Source: Camelus ferus (lineage: Eukaryota). From it: a stretch of DNA of 64,000 nt. The notes below the pieces were generated by a model, which searched no databases, was not told the origin of the DNA, and saw nothing but the letters and a program-made list of their open reading frames with translations. A program made the position numbers and the translations under genes. The DNA is taken from NCBI RefSeq assembly GCF_009834535.1, contig NC_045696.1:4962001-5026000 (forward strand). Direction: 5' to 3'. Positions 55,221 through 64,000 of this stretch are shown one piece after another. Each line of letters starts with the position of its first letter. Position 1 is the first letter of the stretch.

Positions 55221-57352
55221 AGGAAGTGAAGGAGCTGAGGTTTAACCTTTGTTCTTCCAGGCCGCTCACCAAGGCTTCCGCCTGTTTTTCCAGTTCTGCT
55301 CTTCAGAGTCTTAATCAGTGCTCTGCTTTTCCTCCATGTTAGTTCCATCGCCACCAAGTCCTTAGCGGCGCACACCCACCCACCCCAGGTCCTGTTCGGC
55401 TGGGGCCTCTGCTTTGGTTGGCCCTGCTCCTTGTTGGGAGAGGGGAAAGTGGGTAGGGGACCCCTGTTCACTCAGACCCCCTGGAGATGCCTCCTGATGA
55501 CCCTGTAAGGAGCAGGAACCTGGATCTTGTCCGAACTGGAAGATTGTTCCTTCTCCACTGCCCCCATCCCCCATCCTGGCTAGGTCGTCATGAAAGCTGC
55601 AAGCATCATTGAATGATGAGGGATGTGGAGCCCACAGCAGTCCAGAGATTCATTTACCTGCTTGGACAGGCCCAGGTACCATATTTTCCTCACTTCTGGA
55701 CTCCTGGGATCAAGGGAAAGGAGGAATTATGAGCTCCAATGGCTCAGGCCACCCTCCCTGCCAGCACCCACCTGGAAGGAGAGACACAGAGGGGCAGGCT
55801 GTGCTCCAGGACTGTTGCCTGGCAACTGCCCTTCATCCCTCAGGCCTCTGCGGGAGGGGTGGAGGCGGGGAGTTGGGGTCTGCAGAGGTTGTGCTGTGCT
55901 GATGCCTGGCGAGCTGTGATGCTCTGGCCGCTCTCCCAGCCCCCTCTTCTCTCAGGCATCCCCGAGGAGCTCAAGGAATTCCTGCAAACAGGAGAAGGTT
56001 CTCAGATGGGAGGCTCGCTCTTTTAGGATGACAGGCCCCTTTTTGTCCTCATGAGGTCCTCCTGTTGGAGGGGTGAGCTAGCTCCCAGAGCTGTTTGCTA
56101 CCTTTCCCAACCATTGGCACAGCTTTGATTTAAGGACGTGCCCTTTAATCACCCATCATGTGTCATTACCCCGACTGGTGGCAACAGCCCCAAGACACAC
56201 ATGCCAGTAAATCGGCTGAAAGTCGCTGGAGCAATCCTTTGCTGATTCTCCCTCCCAGCTATTCTGAGGCAGCTGGGGGCCCTCGGGCAACGGGGCACCC
56301 TCTGCCACGGGGTGGAAGGGAGTGAGCTCGAGGAAGCTGGTGGAAAGCAGGCTCGCCCTCTTTGTCCCTCTGGAGGTCCTTCGCATCACCTCCTGGAGCC
56401 TTGTTGGACTCTCAGTGAGGTCTGGCCCTCGGCAGTCAGTGGGCTGAGTGCTGTCTTGTTAAATAATTGTCCGGGCAGAATTTCAAACATTTCTGCATGC
56501 AAATCACGACAGCCCTGACTGGTCTTGCTTTTTAAAACCCTGCTTTTGTCCACCTCTCCACTGGCTGCTGGAGAAAAGTGAGGCCTGCTCCAGAATGCAC
56601 ATCTGATCACCTCTGTGTTTTTTGGCCTGCCTTGCCCACCCCTGGTGCCCCCTGCCACCCGAGCAGGGCTCCTACCTCCATAGCTACTCCTTCATCGTTT
56701 ATATTGCTTTTGTTCCTTCAGAGTTTATCTCTGACACCCCTTAGGACTGCATAATGAAAAACGAAACGCAGAACAGGCACAGAGTCTTAAGAAAGTGATT
56801 AAATGGGAGATAGCTGACGGCAGCAAAACTGTGAATTTTAATAACTGTTCTGCTGGAGCCTGTAGGATAAAAGAGGTAGGTTGTCAGGCCATGATGAGAG
56901 AACGGTCAGTGTCTATAGGGCAGCACACCAGCTGAGAAATCGTCTCCCCCAGGTGTTGTCTAAATGTGAAAATAAGAATTCATGAGGGCACAGAGGGCCA
57001 TTGATTTCTGCTTTCCCTTGGCCCGGCATTCTGAGGTTGACAGGGCTAAATTGAGCATCACGGATGGGAAATGCCAGGTAGACCCCCGAGAGATCCCTCC
57101 CTCTGCTCCTTGTGGGGGTCACTGCCACCGTGGGCCCTCTGTATGACACGGGGGAACTAATGGGGTGATAAGGAGTGGCTGCTGGACAGAGAGTTCCTCT
57201 CTGTCTTTGCCTCATCTCTTTCTCCTCCAGAGTTGACGGTCTAATTCAGCTGCCATCGCCCTGTGCTCTCCGTGGTCATGGAATACAGCGCAGGAACAAA
57301 GTTTGCAAAAGCAAAACATGTTCTAGAATCTTGAAAGGCTACCATGTTACAA

Positions 57353-57470
57353 GCAGGGCTGGCATGTGCTCCAACCAACACTCTGCTGTCGTTGTCTGAA
57401 AATTCTTAATAGTTTTGAACAAGGGGCTCCACATTTTCATTTTGTGCTGAGGTAGTATCTGTGAAGCTAG
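57353..57470. mobile_element. MER45-like hAT-Tip100 fragment
   Basis: ctctgctgtcgttgtctgaaaattcttaatagttttgaacaaggggctccacattttcattttg. Confidence 0.55.
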
Positions 57471-57564
57471 CTTTGGTAAAACTCCTCGTTTCTTTCCCTC
57501 TCCACTACCTGTCACTAGTTAAAAAAGAAAAATAAGTACATGAAAGAGTAGATTCTGTGCCTTT

Positions 57565-57777
57565 TTAAAAATTGAAGTATAGTTGATTTACAGTGTTTAA
57601 CATGTTCAGCAAAGTTACTCAGTTATACATACATTATATATGTACATATGCATTCTTTTTCAGATTCTTTTCCATTGTAGGCTATTACAGGATACTGAAT
57701 ATAGTTCCCTGTGCTGTGCAGCAGGTCCTTGCTGTCCATCTGTTTTATGTATAGTAGTGTGTATCTGTTAATCCCAA
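57565..57777 (-). mobile_element. 5'-truncated L1 3' end
   Basis: attgaagtatagttgatttaca...gtgtatctgttaatcccaa; 15-bp TSD agattc(t/g)gtgccttt at 57550-57564 and 57778-57792. Confidence 0.88.
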
Positions 57778-58042
57778 AGATTCGGTGCCTTTGGGTCCCA
57801 GGTTTCTTTACAAAAGTAAAACAAGCCAACCAGCCCAGTGCTCAACCCCCCATAATCTCCTCCCCTAAAGACTTCATTTTTTTATCTGAAAAAAAAAAAA
57901 AAACACAGGAAAAAATAATAAACAAATATAATAGAATATTATGAATATATGTTGCCTTCTGAGTTGCTGAATATGAAGCAGTCTGGAAGTGATGAAAATC
58001 TTCTTCACAACACTTTTAAGAAAGGAGTAAGAGATGTCCTCT

Positions 58043-58509
58043 TCTTTATTGAAGTGTAGTTGATTTACAATGTTAGTTTCAAGTATACAGCAAAGTGATT
58101 CAGTTATACATATACATGCATTTATATATTTTTCAGATTCTTTTCCATTACAGGTTATTACAAGAAATTGAATATAGTTTCCTGTGCTATACAGCAAGTC
58201 CTTGTTGTTTATCTATTTTATATATAGTAATGTGTATCTTTTAATCCCGAACTCCTAATTTATCCCCCTCACTTCCCCCTTTGGTAAACATAACTTATTT
58301 TCTATGTCTGTGAGTCTGTTTTTGGTTTGTAAGTAGAATTGCATCATTTTTTTCAGATTCCATATATAAGTGATAACATACAATATTTGTTTTTGTCTGA
58401 CTTACCTCGCTTAATATGATAATCTCTAGGTCCATCCATGTTGCTGCAAATGGCATTATTTCATTCTTTTTTGTGGCTGAGTAATATTCCATTGTATAAA
58501 TATACCACA
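58043..58509 (-). mobile_element. 5'-truncated L1 3' end including the last ORF2 codons
   Basis: Peptide [38 protein letters not shown]; degenerate TSD taagagatgtcct/taagagaggttct. Confidence 0.9.
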
Positions 58510-61500
58510 TAAGAGAGGTTCTTTTTAAGAAAGGATGTGTGAGAGAAATCTATCCACTGGACCCTTTCCCAGCGTAGTGGGGGATCATTGGTTCTGTTCA
58601 GTTTTCAGACCCAGTGATCTTTGTTTTCCCCTTATGGAAACTGACTTTGAAAAATAAGGCAAATGATGCTAATTCTCAGCCAGAAAGAGACATTTGTCAT
58701 CTAGTGCTGCCAAGCTGTCTCGTCTCTGCCGCCACATTCTAACAGGGCAGCAGCTCCAGGCAAGAGGTCCCCACACAGAGCTGCTTCCTCATGCACAGGC
58801 TGCCCTGGTCATCTGCATTAGGGGTCCCCCAGCCTCGCTCCTGGGTGCTCCCTGGGCTGTGTTGTAAGCAAAGTGCTGTCTGCTCTCCTGTGATTAACTG
58901 TTTGAGTGACTTCACTCACGGTCACGTAAATCTAATTCTAAGCTGTTAATGGACGTCTTTTCACACACACCCCGCTCTCACTGTTGTAACTGATTATAGA
59001 TTAATAGGAAGTGCTGGTTATGGACAGCCACATATGTGTCTCAGTGATTTCAAACAAGATTCTAGAATCAGCAGAGCTCGCCTCTAGACATCTTTTAAGA
59101 GTTTTCAGGAAGCAACTGATTTCATATAAATTTCATTAAAAATGGAATGATGTTGATAGGAGCCCAAACGAAATGATGGCTTTCCTCAGCTCACTTAAGC
59201 TTATCACTTATTCTGCAGAACGAGTATTGCAATGAAATGCATTTTAATGGCTGGGTCCATCTGAAGAGAGTCTTGAATACAAACATAGAGGTTTTTTTAA
59301 AAAAAGGAGGAAAAAAGGGTCAGCTTTATCTTTTCTGTAAAGCAAACAGACAAATGGTAGTAATTTATTCTTGATTTGGTCTTTTTGCTTAGCCAGCCAC
59401 GTTTTAATCATCTAATATTCAGTAAACTACTATTGTTCAAATAAGAGATGAGATGGACCCCATCTCATTTCTTTTAAAGAGCTTTGAGATCTTTACTCGG
59501 GAATAAAGGAAACAATATTAAACTAACATCGTGTTGTACAGAGACTGTCCTGAGGGTTCACACCAGCTTAAGTGAAATGAGTGCAGATCTCTATTCTGTT
59601 TGTATTGCTTGAGCTTTTACGCCAGCTCTGGACCCATGTAAAGCTGGGCAGTTACCCTTTCCTTTGTTAAAGTGGACGCCTTACTTACCCCCAATGTGGG
59701 ATGACTCCTTCAGGAACCCCATCTGGCAGAAGGCTGAAAGTGCCAAACGAAGTCAGCATCTCCTGGCGGGAAAGACCTTACAGCCACTCGGTCAAGCCCC
59801 AGATTGTACAAATGAACTGGCCGGTGAAGGGCTCCCCGCAGGTGCTTCCCACAGCAGGAGAGGCAGCCCCAGCAGAGAGCCAGGTCTCTGGACCCCAAAG
59901 CCAACTCTCTGCTCCCAACACAACATCCCCTGGACTCAAGTTCATAGCATCTTTACACGGATCTAAGGGCATCAGTCACTGTGGATTGCCCAGAACTCAT
60001 GCCCCCACCATGCATTCATTCAGCAGCAGTGTGCCCCGGGTCTGTACCAGATGCTGGGCCACTGCACAGCAAGACTGGGGGAGCCCCTCACCAATGAGGC
60101 TGACACTGCTGCCTGTTAGTGGCCAGAAGCGTGAAGGGTTAATGGGGTATGGGGTCCCCTGAGTTGCCTCCATCAGATCAGAATATCTGTATTCCCTGGG
60201 TGTTGCTTTGAACTTCAGGAACTCTGCATTCTAAGGCCCTGAAACAGCTCTCAGCAAAAGTCATGGCAACTTTGGTGTCTGGGACAGTGAATTGCAGTTG
60301 GCCTGAGCCTTCTCACTCTTGAAAATCATGGTGGAGAAAAAACAGTGCCAAAAAGAGGGTCTGGGGACTGAGTTTCTTGGCAGAATGTTGTGGGTGTGGG
60401 AGGGGGTGGCACTGCGCAGTCAGGGCTTCAGAGGTTCTAAGGATGAACACTGAGACTCAAGAGAAGATGGCGCATCCAGGGAAAAATGTTTAAATTCCTC
60501 ATGGAAACAAACTAGATGTCTTCCTGTGTGAGAAGGATGAGAAGCCAAAGAAGCAGCCTAAACTCTGCAGAGGTGTGTGTCTTCTCGTTCCCGTGGTGAT
60601 ACACATTCTCACGGCCGTAAAGAAATGCAGCAGCAGTTGGCTTGAAAGCATTTCCTGGTGAGGATGGCATCCTGATACTCAACAGAAAGTGTTGGCATGA
60701 GGGGCATTTTCAAGCTTTGTTTCCAAGTTCACTGTGTCTTCCCTTCTGGCACTGTGTTGATTGCCTGAGCGATTTAACTTACTAGTTTCATTGGGAAATG
60801 AATGGGATTGATTTGCCTTGAGGATATTGTTGGGAAAGAGGGACAAAGGTCTTAAAGTGCATTTAAAGTGGCATCTTTGTTTTGATCTCAAGAAAGTTCA
60901 TCACTAGTCATTAAAGATCCATATAAGTGTCAAGTCTTCAAACAGTAATAGGTTCTCGTCACTGTGTAGCATCCCTACGCGTCACACAGTCAGGGAAGTT
61001 CCTAGGAAAGGTGCTCCCTCCGCAGGAATGCCAAGGGCTATAGATGTCACCTCCTCCTGTCATTCATGCCCTGGTGGGATTGCCACAGCCCGTGCTCCTT
61101 GGCTCGGGACTGTTTTTGTGCACTGACATGGATTTGTCCTCAAATCAGCCCCACATCGAAGCCAGAGGACCGCCAGAGAGGGCTGGGCACAATCAGAATC
61201 AGAACAGAGGCACTAGAAACAGAAACATAGCATTTAATCACACTGGTCAGCCTGGCTGCTCTGCATTGCCTGCCGCTGTGGATGTGTTGCCAATCTGACC
61301 CTAATGCTTGACGTTTGGGGGTCAGGATTCCTCTGTTCTGGAAGGAACATAGACAGCACCTTCTTTGTGTTCATTTTTCCTCTTTTCTTAGCTGTCAATC
61401 TCCTTCATATGGACACTCTCTTTCTCTAGGTTCCTTGATAGGTTTATAGTCAGGTCACAGCCAACTTTGGTTCTCTGGGCCAATCTGTGGCTTTAGAGCA

Positions 61501-62149
61501 AAAATTTGGAAATTTGGAGGTCATAGACCCCTTTGAGCATGAGAGGGTAACTACAGCTTCTTGCTTTGACCCAAAATCAAACCTTGGAGTTCCATTTGTA
61601 ATTCCCTAAGGATCGGTGGAACCCTGGCTAAGAATTCCTACTATGCGTACGTATTTCTGCTCTAGGCCAGCGTGGGCTACGTCACAAGTACCTTATCTCT
61701 CTGGTTCCTGGGGCCCCTAATTGTTATCACTGTATACTCCCTCGACCAGTACACAAATCTGAAGAAGTCTAAAGATTAGTTCCTCTTTAGATTGATAGAT
61801 ATATAAATTAAGACACATTACATTAAACAAATTTAATGAATTTGTGTAAGGTTCACTTTTGAGTGCAAAAGATAGGAAGAAGAAAGGAAATTTAAACTCT
61901 GTTTTGAGGGTACAGTGCAGGAGCTGAGGTAAAACTTAAGGGAAAACCATTCTGGCAAGATGAGAGTTAATAAGGCCTCCCACAGGTTCAAGTACAGACA
62001 TGCTGTCATACCTGGCAGAGGGTGGTGCGTGGTCACCGCATGTCTGCCTGTGGCTGGCATGTCATGAGCTTTGGGCATGTGCCATGCAGTAGAATCAGTT
62101 ATCTCCATTCTTACTCACCCTAATTTGTCTCTGCCTGGGCAAATGAGGC

Positions 62150-64000
62150 TAAATGGACCAATTCCTTGAAAGACTCAATCTGACAAAACTCACAACAGAA
62201 GAAATAGATTATATGAGTAGACCTATATCTATTAAATAAATTGAATCAATAATTAATAACCTTCCAAAAAGAAAGCACCAGGCCCAGAGTGGTTCACCAG
62301 TGCACGCAATGAAACATTGAATGAAGAAATTATACCAATTCTCCATGTCTCTTTCAGAGAATAAAAGCAGAGGGAATGCCGTACCAGCATTGTCCTAATA
62401 CTAAAACCAGAAAAAGACATTACAAGAAAATAAAGCTAGTAATCAATATCTCCCATGAACATAGATGCAAAGTCATCAACAAAATGTTAGCAAACTGAAT
62501 CGAAAAACTATAAAAAGAACTGTACACCATGATCAAGTGGTATTTATTCCTGGTTCAACATTTGAAAATCAATTAATGTAACCTATCACATCAATAGACT
62601 AAAAAAGAAAAGTCACATCATATCAATAGATGTAGGAAAAAAATTTGACAAAAATCCAGCATCCAGCTGTGACAAAACTCTCAGTGAATCAGTAAACTAG
62701 AAATAGAAAGAACTTTCTCAACTTGATAATCTATAAAACAAAGTTTTAGCCAACATCATACTTAATGGTGAGAAACTCAAAGCTTTCCCACTAAGACCAG
62801 GTACAAGATAAGTGTGTCCCCTCTAGCCACTCCTGTATTGAATGTTTTAAATTATGCAATAAAATAAGAAATGGAAATAAAAGGTATCTAGATGAAGAAA
62901 AAAGACAAAGTTGCCTTTGTTTGCAGATGACATGTTTGTGAAAATCTGGATGAATGGACAAAAAGAGTCCTGGAACTAATGTTATTAAAACAGGGTTTCA
63001 GGATATAAGGTTAATATACAAAAGTCATTTGCTCTCCTATATACGTAACATTAACATTTAGGAATTTAAAATTAAAAACACAGTATCATTTACATTATAA
63101 TCCAAAGAACAGAAATATTTAGGTATAAATTTCACAAAGTAAATACAAGATCTATATGAGGAAAACTACAAAACTGGGATGCACAAAATCAAAGAATTAA
63201 ATAAATGGAGATATATTCCATGTTCATGGATAGAAAGACCCAATTTTGTTAATGTAAGTTCTTCCCAGGTTGCTCTATAGATTCATTGCAATCCAAATCA
63301 AAGTCCCAGCAAGTTATTTTATGGTTATTGACAAGCGGATTATAAAGTTTATATGGAGAGGCAAAGACCCAGAATAACCGATACAATATTGAAGAAGAAG
63401 AATGAAGTTGGAGGACTGATGCTGCCTGACTTCAAGACTTACTATAAAGGTACAGTAACCAAAGCAGTGTGGTGCTGGTGAAAGAAAAGACAAATAGATC
63501 AATGGAACAGAATAAAGAGCCTAGAAATAGGCCCACGTAAATATAGTCAACTGATCTTTGACAAAGGAGCAAAGGCAGTACAATGGGACAAAGATGGTCT
63601 TCTCAACAAATGGCACTGGAACAACTGGGCATTAACCTGCGAAAAACAGGAATCTAGACACAGAATTTACAGTCATCATAAAAATTAACTCAAAGTGGAC
63701 CACAGACGTTAGTGTAAAATACAAAGCTATTAAACTCCTAAGAGATAACATAAGAGAAAATCTACATGACCTTGGGTATGGTGATGCCGTCTTAGATATA
63801 ACATCAAAGATATGAACCATGAAAATAGTTAATTGATAAGTTGGATTTTATTAAAATTAAAAAACTTCTGCTCTGTGATAGATGATATCAAAAGAATTAG
63901 AAGACAAGCCACAGACTGGCAGAAAATATTTGCAAAAATCACATCTGATAAAGAGTTGTTATCCAAAATATATAAAGAATTTTTAAAAAGTCAACGATAA
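62150..64000 (+). mobile_element. Older L1 ORF2 (RT to C-terminal region), degraded, runs off the window end
   Basis: catagatgcaaagtcatcaacaaaat, tttgcagatgacatg (FADD motif), ttggaggactgatgctgcctgacttcaagacttacta, aagacaagccacagactgg; multiple stops and frameshifts. Confidence 0.9.

Noticed and set aside
51999..56658. Dense overlapping ORFs on both strands
   Set aside because: Explained by high GC content and MLT1/L1 sequence; no domain signatures or splice-consistent exon chain.

Overview
Mammalian genomic DNA, 64 kb entirely inside the DSCAM gene (+ strand). A vic-1-like tRNA-derived SINE suggests a camelid (inference). Three coding exons are present: 473-751 (279 nt, one whole Ig domain), 19912-20031 (120 nt, missed by the ORF track) and 38310-38483 (174 nt). 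They correspond to human exons 9-11 (Ig7 and the two halves of Ig8; numbering from recall). All have canonical AG/GT boundaries, are phase 1-1 and splice into one open frame. The rest is intron, full of L1, L2, MIR, MLT/MER21 LTRs, hAT DNA transposons and SINEs. Nearly all other listed ORFs are repeat-derived or chance. I found no convincing new biological system. The best leads are: (1) a young 3-kb L1 with an intact 5' end and a TSD but lacking almost all of ORF2; (2) a candidate poison exon for DSCAM inside that L1's 5'UTR; (3) a clear twin-priming 5'-inverted L1; (4) an AT-to-GC/CpG compositional transition across the window; (5) inverted repeat pairs that could form dsRNA. Repeat family names and boundaries were assigned by eye and are approximate.
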